From: an uncultured Planctomycetia bacterium
Lineage (GTDB): Bacteria; Omnitrophota; Gorgyraeia; VGKN01
NCBI GenBank assembly: GCA_964506845.1
Contig: CAZDNS010000006.1
Location: 1 to 59,575 of the forward strand
DNA length: 59,575 nt
Direction of reading: 5' to 3'
Under the pieces are notes generated by a model. That model was not told where the DNA came from. It saw only the letters and a program-made list of their open reading frames with translations, and searched no databases. Numbering within the stretch: the first letter of the stretch is position 1; each line of letters begins with the position of its first letter. The translations under genes were made by a program, and so were the position numbers. Shown here one piece after another: positions 1 through 11,400 of this stretch.

Positions 1-1330
1 AAGGGAACCTGTATAATTAGTTTTATCCTTTGAACGATTTAAAAGTTCTTTCATGGCAAATAAACCGTAGCCAAAGAAAAAATGAGTTTTACTGTCATCA
101 TCAGAATAATATTTGTCTCCTGTTTTTTTCATAGCAGCTCTGACAGCTTTTTTTAAGCTCTCAGCTTCTTTTGGATTTAATTCCTTTAGTTTTTGTTCAT
201 ATTGTATAAAGTTAATCCTTTCCTTTTTTCTGTTATACCAAGAACCTGTTTCTATTTCTAATTCATCAACGGTGATATATATATTTTCTTTCCCAACGTA
301 TTCTTCAATTTCCTCTAAGTAAATCAGGGTATTTTTGTCAAAGGCGCTCAGAATTACCTTTGTTTTTATTCCGCCCTTTAGTGTTTCTTTGATAATCCGC
401 AGGGCTTCTGCATATTGGCGTTGCTCAATATTAGCGTCAACAGAGGAAATAAAACTCTTAAACAAATGCTCTTCAAATCTTTCCCATATCCTATCAAGCC
501 CGGGATAAACCTCACGCTTCAAGAAAGCCTGCATCTCATTCCCATCGGCCTTAAGCGTTTCATCCTGCATCAACCTCTCAACCTTTTCAACAAGCACGGT
601 GAGCTCGTCAATAATTTCAGTGCCTGCTTTTTGTTCTTGGGCATAGGCAATAAACCTTTTTAAGCCTTCAGGCACTTTATCAAATTCCTTTTTATCCAAG
701 GCATCGCTAATTTCTTTTATTAAATCCGGCATTGGCAGTCTTATCTCGCTTAGGGTATTATTTATCCTTATTACAAGATTCTTAATGCCACCTGCTACAT
801 CTTCGCCATCTTTAAGGCTGCCAAGATACTCTAACAGGCCTGTTATTTCCTTATCCAACTTTGCCCTTGCCCGTACAATAGAGACGATAGTAGGTATGGC
901 TCCGCCTAAACCTATGGTTAATACTTCGCCAACGAGCCCGGAAAATTTTGAGGGTTTTCCTGCAGGCCCATTTACACTAAAGAACCTGTCGCCTGCCTTC
1001 ATATTATTCATTATAACTGTAGAGATGCCGGCATCCTGAACGGCAAATCTTACAGTTCCCGGGATATCGCCATCGCCAAGATATGTAAGGGGTATTTTTT
1101 CGCCTGTCTCGTCTGACATTACTGTAAAGAACTGGCCTGGTTTTATCCTTCTGACAAGATACGGTGCATAGACAACAAATTCCACAATTCTTTGCCTTCC
1201 GTCTATCAAATATTTTACTAAAGGCATACTAGATAACAAATCCCTATATGCTATTTCTTTTATATCAAGTATCTCATACATCTCATATGGCTTTTTCTTA
1301 AAGAACAACTCTTCGGGATCCTCATCCTTT
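1..1330 (-). other. PyrK/NfnA-like FAD/NAD-binding module (domain, truncated by window edge)
   Basis: Translation gives 'RIKPGQFFTVMSDETGEKIPLTYLGDGD', 'GDRFFSVNGPAGKP' and 'VLTIGLGGAIPT', typical of the ferredoxin-reductase-type barrel plus Rossmann half of PyrK/NfnA/SudB proteins. There is a helical insertion before the last strands. Confidence 0.6.
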
Positions 1331-4300
1331 GACCTATTTTCTCGCGCTGGTTTATTGACGTCATTTTCAATAAAATAGAGCGCTGCATCTTTAGCCTGTG
1401 CAGCTGCTAATATAGCAGTGCCCTCTGCATCTTTTGGGTCCGTGGGACGCCTAGCTGCAACATCTCCTGATGCACATACAGACGCAAGCCCATCAGAACC
1501 ATCCAGTCCTTTAACCTGCATATTCACGTCTACATCAATGTATCTTCCATTGTTTAAAGGTATTGACGGACCATATGTCTCAGTTGCAGGAAATGTGCCC
1601 AAACATTCTACGACCTGATCCACATCTACAACATACCTCTTTTTTTCTTTTACAATTTCCTCGCCTTTTGGACCTTTAATAATTTCATACCTTATACATC
1701 TAATCCCTGTAATATTGCCCTCTTTGTCACCGATATATTCAATCGCCTGGTGCAACTCATAATCCTTCATGTTTATTACGCCGATACCTTCCTCTTTGGT
1801 ATGGCCTAATTCCTCTGCACGCGTTTTCAAACTCAGATATTCCTGGGAACGGCGGTATAAAAATAAGATATTCGGATCTACGTTTGTACCCAAGCGCCTG
1901 TTCAATACATTTATCCATCTGAGCGCAGTGCGCGCGCTATCCATTGCCACATTTCCAACGCCTAAAATTGCTATAGTTGTTTCTACTTTGATTTTATCAA
2001 GTTCTGAAGATAAGGCTTCTATCGCGTAATCAGAAAGAACTACATCATAAATAAATCCATTATTAGAAACAGGCCTTTTTTTAACAGCTTCTTCTAGCCT
2101 TTTTATAACCTCTTCTTCAAACCCGTATTGTCTTAAGCCGGATATTTCTCTAAGAAATTGCTCCCTTTCTCTCATCCCGCTGTCAATCATTCTCCTGATT
2201 TCTTCTAACTGGATAGATTTACTAAAAGCATCAAGCATCCTCTTTGCTAACGGAGCGGGCGTCTTATAGTTACGTCTCATTGCCTTCATAAGAAACGTCC
2301 ATGACAGGAAATGATACGCTGAGAATATGCCGTTTAGGTGCCTGCCGGGTATAGGGCTATACTCATTGGAACTTTCATAAAGCCTCTCTACGGCTTTTCT
2401 ATATTGTTCGTCCTCAGACAGTTTTAATAACGCCTCTTTTTCTTCCCTTGCCATTTTGCCTTTACATATCAGACGTTTTTTATCAGCATCATAAATAATC
2501 TTATACTTAAGGCTTTCGGGAAACTCTATTCCTGCGGGCAGGTTTTCAAGCCTTTCAAAAGCCTCCTTATATTCCATTACCTTTGACTTACCTGCTCCTG
2601 ATGAGATAAACACCACATCAAATATCCGCCTTAATTGGTTCATGGTAAAGGCGTTATCCTCGCCTATGGGAGTATCACGTACAAATTTTACACCCATATC
2701 TTCTTCCAAATATCTGATATGTTCTTCGACTACCCCTTCTTGCAACCTGAAGGTAGGTATGCCATATCGCAAAACACCACCTTCGCCTTTCAAAGGCAGG
2801 TGTTCAAAAACAACCACCTTATAACCGGCTCTAGCAAGGTTATATGCCTCTTGTAATCCTGCAGGGCCTGAACCAATAACCGCCGCATATTTACCGTTAT
2901 GTTTGGGTTTATCCTCTGGCCTTGGTTTAGGCAAACTTCCGTATAACTTGAAATAAGTCCTGAAGATAAGATACTCAAGTTTTCCTATATCTATGGGAAC
3001 AGGTCTTTCTTCTAATTTGCCAAATGTGCAGGCTGCCTGGCACAGATATTCCTGGGGACAGATAAGGCCAAGATATGCGCCGCCAAAACTCGCATCCATA
3101 AGCATACGCATAGCCTCTTCTATCTTTCCCTGCGCCATAAGGTCAAAGAGGATATTGATTGGCAGATGAAGCGGACAGCGGCTCTCTTTGGTCTTTACTC
3201 TTTCCCATATTTCGTTTGACTCATTCAAGAGTTTCTTTCGCTCTTGTTCAAGGCCTGCTTTATCCATAGCAAGCCATCTGTCAATTAATGCTATATTGGG
3301 TTCCCGCCTTAGACTCTCGTCACCTGCAATATTGTGTTTTGCTGAATTGCTTCTTAGTTTTCCGGATATATCCTCCTGCGTTTCTTTTGTTAAAAGACCT
3401 TTAAGGAATGAACCTATTGCCTGACCCTCTTTAAGTTCTGTCTCAACCAGATTACTCTGTATCTCTTCTTTAGAAAATTTACCCTTTCCATATTTTTCAT
3501 CAAGCTTCTGGCTTAACCATGCAATTGCTTCCTCTTTATCCTTTGCCAGGAAATTAAACTCAATCTCATCTGTTTTAAACTGGCACCTTTTCATCTGCGC
3601 AAGCGTTAGAATACCATTTATAAAACTCGCCTGATTTTTAAACCTTAGCGCAAGGCTGCCTTCCTGGCCAAATCCGCAAGCATTAGTTGCACACTTGTTG
3701 CAGAGAGTATAGTCCATTGCCTCAAATCCTGCTAAGGCCGCTCCGGGCTCGCCAAGGCTCTGACTGGTCATAGTTATATAAAAATCATAAATTCTGGTAT
3801 CTGCAGGCCTTTCGCCAAGCGACGAGCGAAAATCATGCCTATGTGCTTGTATCCACGCGCTAACGACAGCATGCTCATGGGCTATTTGCGCTACATTCTT
3901 TAGCACATTTTGGCGCTCTGTTTCCGGTTTTGTTTTACTGCCATAGTAGTAAAACCACGCCACAATCAAATTTTCTTTGAGGGTGTTAAGCAGGTTATAC
4001 CATGTTCCCGTTACATCTCCTGTAAATTGAAGATAGCTGAGGAGTTCCGGATAACCGCTCATAATACTATTAAATGCCTCATCCAATTCCTCCTTTGGAA
4101 TTGGAACATCTTCAGAATTCTTTAATCTCTCGGCAAAACCTGTAAATTCCCATGATTTAGAAAACTCACCTATCTGTTTTTCAACCTCGCTAATCCAGAA
4201 ACCCGGCCCTTTTTCGCTCGATGCAAGCGTTATAAAATAACTCATTGCTGCCTCTTTAAGGCCCTGGCTTGCCTCCTTAAAAGGCGTTGGCTCTCCAAAA

Positions 4301-5301
4301 TCCTGGCTGTAAAGCAGACTCTCTGCCTTGAATTTAAGCATATCCTTGTAGGTTTCATTTTCTTCCATACGCTCGGCAATATCAGATAGCATCTCAATAT
4401 CAGAGACCTTAAAGTTCTCTTTTGGACATATGCCGGCTTTATCCGGCGTAAGTATAACAACTTTCCATCTATCATAAAATGCCCTTCTTGCCATAGGAGT
4501 CAGCACAATACCGAGTTTTCTTACGCCTTTCTCATTTATAAAACACAGGCTTTCGTAAATGTTTAGTTCGCTGAATTTCGGATTTTTAAGGCTAAATTGG
4601 AATGCGGCTCTTGATACTCTCTGGGCTATGTTTAGCAGCTCCTTGGCCTGTTTCCCATCAAGTTTCCTGCCGGCAGGAATCCTCGCTATCTCATCCTTAA
4701 GTTCAACCATAGACGCAAGATGTCTCATAAGAGGCACCTTAACTCCGTTAATAGTAACATCCGTTTCAAAAACATTAGCCATGTGATTAACCAGCTCAAC
4801 TGCTCGGCTAAAGAGGTTTTTATGCCAAACTTCAAATCTTTTTAGATTTTCTATAAGGCGTATGAAAAGCTCGGGTGATAGGAGTCTGATATGGCTAAGC
4901 GATCCTATGACACCCTTTCTAAGAGATGCATCCCTTTGCATAGATTCATCTAACGTAGCTACGGATTCTTTCGATAAAGGTTTGCCCTGTAATCCCAGCG
5001 TTGATACAGCTTCTGCTGGAAGGAGGGTAGTTAACTCAACCGTGGCTGGCGCTGCATCATCGCCAACTACTTGTCCGCCAGTATTGACAAAACTAGTATT
5101 TGCAGCTACTTGAACTTGATGTCTCGCTCTCGTGCGCCTCTCCCCTGAACCATTATTTCCATCTTTATCTAAAATTAACGGTGGGACGAGCTTTGATGGG
5201 TCCTCGGCAAATGAGACTTCAGGACTAAAAGGCATGAGGCTTGATAGGAAAAAAGTCTCAATTAAGATTAAAGCAATTACCTTCTTTGTGTTTTTAAGCA
5301 C
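1..5301 (-). CDS. Leader-bearing multi-enzyme megaprotein, 3' end beyond window (>=1767 codons): signal/anchor leader + ~700 aa unassigned + GltD/NfnB-like Fe-S flavoprotein + PyrK/NfnA-like module
   Basis: Absent from the ORF track because it has no in-window stop. My reverse-complement translation from GTG 5301-5299 (GGAG 6 nt upstream) stays in one frame at every point checked (4500, 3000, 2898, 1500, 1440, 1149, 1). No competing minus-strand ORFs in that frame are listed. N-terminus VLKNTKKVIALILIETFFLSSLMPFSPEVSFAEDPSKLVPPLIL parallels the leader of the next gene. Confidence 0.8.
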   Translation of the reverse strand, partial: MLKNTKKVIALILIETFFLSSLMPFSPEVSFAEDPSKLVPPLILDKDGNNGSGERRTRARHQVQVAANTSFVNTGGQVVGDDAAPATVELTTLLPAEAVSTLGLQGKPLSKESVATLDESMQRDASLRKGVIGSLSHIRLLSPELFIRLIENLKRFEVWHKNLFSRAVELVNHMANVFETDVTINGVKVPLMRHLASMVELKDEIARIPAGRKLDGKQAKELLNIAQRVSRAAFQFSLKNPKFSELNIYESLCFINEKGVRKLGIVLTPMARRAFYDRWKVVILTPDKAGICPKENFKVSDIEMLSDIAERMEENETYKDMLKFKAESLLYSQDFGEPTPFKEASQGLKEAAMSYFITLASSEKGPGFWISEVEKQIGEFSKSWEFTGFAERLKNSEDVPIPKEELDEAFNSIMSGYPELLSYLQFTGDVTGTWYNLLNTLKENLIVAWFYYYGSKTKPETERQNVLKNVAQIAHEHAVVSAWIQAHRHDFRSSLGERPADTRIYDFYITMTSQSLGEPGAALAGFEAMDYTLCNKCATNACGFGQEGSLALRFKNQASFINGILTLAQMKRCQFKTDEIEFNFLAKDKEEAIAWLSQKLDEKYGKGKFSKEEIQSNLVETELKEGQAIGSFLKGLLTKETQEDISGKLRSNSAKHNIAGDESLRREPNIALIDRWLAMDKAGLEQERKKLLNESNEIWERVKTKESRCPLHLPINILFDLMAQGKIEEAMRMLMDASFGGAYLGLICPQEYLCQAACTFGKLEERPVPIDIGKLEYLIFRTYFKLYGSLPKPRPEDKPKHNGKYAAVIGSGPAGLQEAYNLARAGYKVVVFEHLPLKGEGGVLRYGIPTFRLQEGVVEEHIRYLEEDMGVKFVRDTPIGEDNAFTMNQLRRIFDVVFISSGAGKSKVMEYKEAFERLENLPAGIEFPESLKYKIIYDADKKRLICKGKMAREEKEALLKLSEDEQYRKAVERLYESSNEYSPIPGRHLNGIFSAYHFLSWTFLMKAMRRNYKTPAPLAKRMLDAFSKSIQLEEIRRMIDSGMREREQFLREISGLRQYGFEEEVIKRLEEAVKKRPVSNNGFIYDVVLSDYAIEALSSELDKIKVETTIAILGVGNVAMDSARTALRWINVLNRRLGTNVDPNILFLYRRSQEYLSLKTRAEELGHTKEEGIGVINMKDYELHQAIEYIGDKEGNITGIRCIRYEIIKGPKGEEIVKEKKRYVVDVDQVVECLGTFPATETYGPSIPLNNGRYIDVDVNMQVKGLDGSDGLASVCASGDVAARRPTDPKDAEGTAILAAAQAKDAALYFIENDVNKPARENRSKDEDPEELFFKKKPYEMYEILDIKEIAYRDLLSSMPLVKYLIDGRQRIVEFVVYAPYLVRRIKPGQFFTVMSDETGEKIPLTYLGDGDIPGTVRFAVQDAGISTVIMNNMKAGDRFFSVNGPAGKPSKFSGLVGEVLTIGLGGAIPTIVSIVRARAKLDKEITGLLEYLGSLKDGEDVAGGIKNLVIRINNTLSEIRLPMPDLIKEISDALDKKEFDKVPEGLKRFIAYAQEQKAGTEIIDELTVLVEKVERLMQDETLKADGNEMQAFLKREVYPGLDRIWERFEEHLFKSFISSVDANIEQRQYAEALRIIKETLKGGIKTKVILSAFDKNTLIYLEEIEEYVGKENIYITVDELEIETGSWYNRKKERINFIQYEQKLKELNPKEAESLKKAVRAAMKKTGDKYYSDDDSKTHFFFGYGLFAMKELLNRSKDKTNYTGSL
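1370..3200 (-). other. Glutamate-synthase small-subunit / NfnB-like FAD-NAD(P) oxidoreductase domain with N-terminal Cys-rich (Fe-S type) region
   Basis: 'ICPQEYLCQAACTFGKLEERPVPIDIGKLEY', 'KYAAVIGSGPAGLQEAYNLARAGYKVVVFEHLPLKGEGGVLRYGIP' and 'CASGDVAARRPTDPKDAEGTAILAAAQAKDAA', in the order seen in GltD/NfnB/SudA family proteins. Confidence 0.75.
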
Positions 5302-5416
5302 GGCTTACTCCGTTTTAGAATTGTAGAGTGAGATTATTGGCTTAAGCGTATAGTTTGAAAAGTATTTATACTTTGATTTTAGCATCGCCTGTATAACATT
5401 ATATAAATAATACCAC

Positions 5417-5440
5417 GGTTGAGGCCAAGATTTCTCAACC
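5417..5440 (-). terminator. Weak hairpin downstream of the 2295-aa gene
   Basis: ggttgag (5417-5423) pairs with ctcaacc (5434-5440). On the transcript the stem is followed by GUGGUAUUAUUUAUAU, which is U-rich but not a clean U-tract. Confidence 0.35.
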
Positions 5441-5492
5441 TCATCCTCAACCTTAATCCTTATCACTTATCACTTGTAACTTATAACTGTTC
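5441..5492. repeat. 7-nt-periodic degenerate spacer
   Basis: Minus strand reads AGTTACA AGTGATA AGTGATA AGGATTA AGGTTGA GGATGAG. The same style of heptad tract sits at many gene boundaries in this window. Confidence 0.5.
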
Positions 5493-5494
5493 TG

Positions 5495-8400
5495 TTACTT
5501 TGCTCCTAACTGCGCCTTGTATCCAGCCAACTGCTCTGAATAAACTGCTGAAACCTTTGTCGGGCTTAGGATATAGATATTACCTTCACCTGTTGTTACA
5601 ATATCTTCAAGTATCCATCCGCGGGCAACTCCTACAGCAACCGGCAGAATACCTATGTTAGCCGTATCCTGTGTCACTTTGGTATCCACCATTAGTTTCT
5701 TTATGTATGGATACGAGACCCAGCCCTCTAAATAAGTCTTGGTTCCTACCACAACTACATCGTCATCATCATTTGATTCAATTTGAGCAAGGGCTTTTTG
5801 TTTAAGAGATGCCACATCAACTGCGTCAGTTATTATGCTATATCCTTCACCTTTTATTTTTAAGCCTGTTGCTTGCATAAAACCTTCCAAATCCTCTATC
5901 TTACTTCCATCAATTACTATTTGGATTTTACCTTTTGTGGTCTGTATCAATCTCTCGAGAGAGATTTTAAAAAATAGCGCTTCTCCTATCATATGAGGCT
6001 GAAGCACAATTACCTTCTTAGAAATATGGGCAGTTGTTTCTTCTAATAACGGCCCATAATCAAAAGTAAGTGAAAAATCACTAAACGCCCAGTGCGTGAA
6101 TGAGCGTAGGTAATCAGGACCACCTGCCTTTGAGTCTCCTGAGCGCCTGCCTAAACCGCCGAAGGGCTGCCTGTCAACAACTGCGCCTGTAATCTTACGG
6201 TTAACATAGAGGTTTCCTACATAAAATTCCCTCTTTGCCTTTTCTATCTCACTCGGTGTTCGGGAATAAATCCCTCCTGTCAGGGCAAACGGTGACCTGT
6301 TTGCAATATTTAGCGCCTCATCAAAACTTTTAGCCTTCATAACTGCCAGAACCGGGCCAAATATTTCCTCCTGGCCTATTATTGAATCAGGCGGAACATT
6401 TTCTATAACCACCGGGTTTACAAAATATCCTTTGCCTTGAAATATCTCTGGCTTAACCAGAAAATGCGCTCTCCCGCCAAGTTTCTCTGCTTCTCCGATA
6501 TATTCCCATGTTTTCCTCTGGGCTCCTTCGTCAATTAATGGGCCCATATCTGTTCCAGGCTCTCTTGGGTTACCCACCTTTAAGGCACGAACCTTGCCCG
6601 CAAGTCTCTTTACAAACTCATCATATACCGCCTCGTGGACAATCACCCTTGAGCAGGCAGAGCACTTCTGGCCGCCATATCCGAAGCTAGATGCAACAAC
6701 TCCCTTTACAGCCGCATCAATATCTGCGCTCTCAGAAACAATAATGGCATTTTTACCTCCCATCTCAGCTAAAACCTGCTTGGGAGCCCTGTCAATGGAT
6801 GCAATAGCCGCATCCCTGTAAATACCAGAGCCTACCCCCCAGGAGCCGGTAAAGGTAATCATATCCACTTCTGGATGCTCAACAAGTTCTTTCCCGACTA
6901 TGCTACCCTCTCCCGGAAGATAATTGACAACCCCATCAGGAAGCCCTGCCTCTTTTAGAATCTCCATAAATTTGAAAGCCACAACCACAGACTGGCTGGA
7001 TGGTTTCATAATGACACTATTTCCTGCTGCCACTGCGCCTATTGTCATACCGGTAAGAATTGCAAGTGGGAAATTCCATGGCGCAATTACTGCTACCACA
7101 CCATTTGGCTCTCTTTTCCATCCTTCAGGTTTCCTTTTAGCGTCCTCTTTCTCCATCCGGACAGCCTCAAAGGCATAATAATTAATATAATCAATGGCTT
7201 CCTCTACATCACCCAATGCCTCCCGCCATGTCTTAGCCTCTTCTAAAACCATCCATGCGGCAAGTTCAAACTTTCGTTTTTGCATAATCTCTGCCGCCTT
7301 ATGAAGATACTGAGCGCGCTCCTTGGCTTTCTTTTCCTTCCAGGTCTCAAACGCCTGCCTGGCTATAGCAACAGTGTCTCCCGCATGTAATACAGCTGCC
7401 TTAGACACTATACCTATTATCTGTTCTGGATTGCTCGGATTAACTGACTGTATCCTGCCAAAAATATCTTCAGCAGGAATTACCCCTTTCCCGTCAATAA
7501 TCAGCGGATAGGGTTTATTACCTCTTTGCCTAATAGTATTTTCTACCTGTCTAATCGCATCAACCATTGCCTGACGGTTTTTAGGGTCAGAAAAATCTGC
7601 GGTTGGCTCATTTTTAAATCCCATCAGCCCGACTATTGAGGGACGCACCTCGCTGGATACAGTAATACCCCTGCGCATTGTGTTCTCTGTAATCGCCTTT
7701 GCCCTGACAAAATTAAATATGTAATCAGGCGTTATTTCTGTGATTATCCGCTTTATAGACAGGAGTTTCTCGGCTCTTATTGTGGCTCTTGTGCGAAGCC
7801 TTTGCTCCTCCTCTTGCGGCCCAGCAAATGATATCCACTCTATATCCTTATTTCCCAGAAGCGAATCAGCCGTTTCTGTCTGGTCAATAAGAGGTTGAAT
7901 AGCAGAAGAGGGAAGCTTCTCATCGCTGAGTAAGTGGGCTAACAATCTCGCCTCTTTAAGCGCCTGCTCCTTAGCATCAACAACCACTGTATTTCCGCCG
8001 GCAATAGCCGCTATCAACATCTCCGCCAGCATAGATAAACTTACATCCTCCTTGATAATAACCGCTCCCAGTCCTCGCGGCACATAAACATATTCGTTTG
8101 CCTCTCCGGGAAGGCTCTGAACCTTCTGCCAGCGCTCATCTGTCATATGTTCAAGCTGACGGGCATAGGTTTCTAAAATATCTATAATCCGGGCTACCTC
8201 TTTATCTGCCTCATCTACAGGTTTTGTCTGATGTGGCACATTTCCTCTTACAACCAAGAGCCCTGCTATAAAATCAATCCGCTGTTTTGAACCCTGTAAC
8301 CTCTCGGCAGTTTGCCTAAGTATCCTTGCGCGTTCCCTTGGAGTGGTATACCTAAATTTCTCAAATCCCTTAAATGCTACTTTAACAGCATCTGCTGCTG

Positions 8401-11400
8401 TAGTAGTTTTAATATCTGCATTAACCTCAGACCTCATACTACGCTTAAATGCATCTCGAAGGGCTTTTTCATTGGCTGGTATGTTGAAACCTATAAGAGG
8501 TCCTCCAATTTCAACCGGTAGGGTCGGCATAGGATGCCGGTCTGATAAATCAACCATAGGCGTTGTAACCCTTGTGTCTGGTTTTGGTATGCCTTGAGCA
8601 ATTCGCCTTCTATCCTCTCTCATATCATAAAGTATCTTTTTAATATCCTTTTCCTCCAAAAATGCTGCTCTAAGGAAGGATGACTGCGAGGTATTCTCTC
8701 GGATGCGCCTTGCTAAATAACCCATACCAGGCACTAAATCTCCAAAGGGCGTGTAGAAACGGACAGTATAGCCCCTTCCCCTTGCTACCAATGCCCTGCC
8801 GATATGCTCACCCATCCCCTTGAGCAATTGAAATTCAAAATATTTCTTATCTATACCTAATTCCTCGGCAAGTTCAATTACATAGGCAATATCGCCTATG
8901 TTGTGCGTGGCAAACGCAGGCTTTACCCTTATCTCTTCGCCCTTATCCAATCTTATCCTTATATATTCTAAGGATAATCTGGCTATCCTCTCAAAATTCC
9001 TGTCAGTGTCGTCCTTGCTCTTTCTAACAGGTATAGGACGGCCTTCCTGAATAGCCATAGCAATCTCGTATTCCAGATATGCGCCCTTTACAATCCTATT
9101 CGTAAGAAAAACCTCATTCTCATCCGCAAACGCAAATAACGCATTTAAATCATCCTCAGATTCCCGTATATTATCCTCAAGATAGGTCTGGGTAACAAAT
9201 CCCAAACCTTCTTGGTTTCTAAATTCTTTCTCCCTTAAAACATCTTTTAGGATATCCAAGGTAATCTGCCTAACAGCAAATTGCTCCATATCCACATGGA
9301 CAAAGACCCCCGCCTCTTTGGCAGCATTTAGCAATCTGCGCAACCTCTCCTTCACTGCTCTCTTAGTTCCCTCATAATCTATTGGGTCAAATGCCTCATA
9401 GAGCGAGGTAAACTTAATAGAAACATTCTTTAAAACCCCTCTCAATTTATTAAACAAATCCAGATAGGTGTTTAGATATCTGTCTGCCTCCTCCTTGCTT
9501 AATACCTCCTCTCCAAGCACATCTACGCTGTGTTTAAAACCTTCTTCATTCTGTTTTAGAATTGTCTTTCTTACATCCTCTATAGTTTCTCCGGCAAAAA
9601 ATTCCCGCGCTACAAGCGTTACTGAGAATCTTACAATCTTAGCAATTAACCTTGCCCCAAAGATTGGAAATCTTGCCGCAACACCACCGAATAAAACCAA
9701 GGTTCGCAATAATCTCGGCAAACGCTTGTCATTTCTTGGGAAATACTCCGCAAGGTGTTGAATAACGCCTCTATCGCTTAGTCTTGGAAGCACATCAATA
9801 AAACTTAGAAGTTGAAACATCGTGTGGTCATCCTTCATAGCCCAGCTCATAAGGATATTCTTGAAGCTAACCTTCTCTCTCCAGACATTTCTGTGCTTGC
9901 TTGCCTCCCTGAAAATAGCAAGCCCTGTCTCAGTGATTTTATCCTCCCTTTCCTCTGAATATATTTCCCTGAATATCTTGGGAGGAAGATACCCTCTTTT
10001 TTCAGCAGGGATTGTATTAAGTAATTGCGCGCGGCCTTGAACTGCCTTAGCGATAATATCCCTCCGCAGTTCTTCTGCTATAATAAGCGGTGAGATATTG
10101 CGCGCTTTTGCCTCAGTAAAAATTTTCCTCAGATTATTCGGGATAACCTGAAGTTGGTTGCTAACATCATAACCGAATATTCCGCTTAATACCGCAATCA
10201 AACCACCTGCGTTTATAACGAAATCTGGGGCATATAACATTCCATAATTATGCATAAGCTGGGCAAGCTCATACACCAAGTTTGCCGGCTCTCCCTTATC
10301 TGGTTCTGGCCGCTTTATCGGGTCATTAGAACTTCCTGCAATCAGTTTAACTCCAGATTTATGCAATCGTTCAATATTCTGCCTTGTCAACACCCATTCG
10401 GTAGAACACGGGCTGAACACATCTGCTCTAATATCATAGAGTTTATCAGCAATCTCAAAACCACGCTGCTCTACTGCCTTTTTCTCGGTATCATCTTTCT
10501 CTGCGCGTTCTAACCTCGCTACCAATTCGTCTGCTTCATCTGCGCCTAATATTACAAGCTGACCAGAATCAATAAAGGTTTTAAAACTCGCATTATCCTT
10601 TGCCTTCTTGACCTTACGAATATCTTTATCCGCTGCTGTTACCCTTGCGCCCTTATTCAATAAATGCACTAACTCCTCAGTCCCCACATTTCCAAGCCCT
10701 TGCAGTAGGATATGCTTACCTGACAATGTAGGTGCATCTGGAAAGGCAAACTCCACCCCCACCTCCATACCCAACACCACTCCTTCTCCTGTGCTTGGAG
10801 TAGGCGGTAACCCGCCCCTGCCTTTTCCCTCCACACCAATCATATCTGAAGGGTTAACATCAGCCATTGCCGCAGCAAGTTCCTTGCTAAGATTTTCATC
10901 CTGCCCTGTAAAAATTATACTCAGTTCTTTAAGCGCACCGGCTACGGCCTTTACCGCTATCTCCTTATCAGCGTATGATGCCTCTGGGTCATAAATTATA
11001 ACTACCTTCCCTCCTCCAACCCCCTGTTTTTTCTCTTCATCCCACAATAAACCTGCCATAGCAATCTTAGATGTCATATCCTCTGAAAGAAATAACCCGG
11101 GTCTGACCGCTGCCTCAAGCGAGGGATAAAGTTTTATTCTCGTTCCTCCGCATACGCGCGCTTCTATCTCGCCCCGCTCCATTAAGGGCAGAAATAGATG
11201 CGCTCCTGCAAAACCATAAAGACCAATCTTTAGATTTGAAAAAACATATAACGCATCGTGCTCCTTCCAGAGCGAGTGGACCTCCTTAGGCAGTTGCCAG
11301 GGTGCGTCCACGCGGTAAACCCCTGTTCCATCTTTCGTTGTAAACAGATGCACTCCCCATCTGTTTACTATGACGGCTGAGAGAATATTATCAATCCTTT

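Noticed and set aside
5441-5492. Heptad tracts or palindromic repeats as CRISPR arrays.
   Set aside because: The units are 7 nt, degenerate and contiguous without unique spacers. The 75-nt repeats are dispersed, not arrayed. There are no cas genes.
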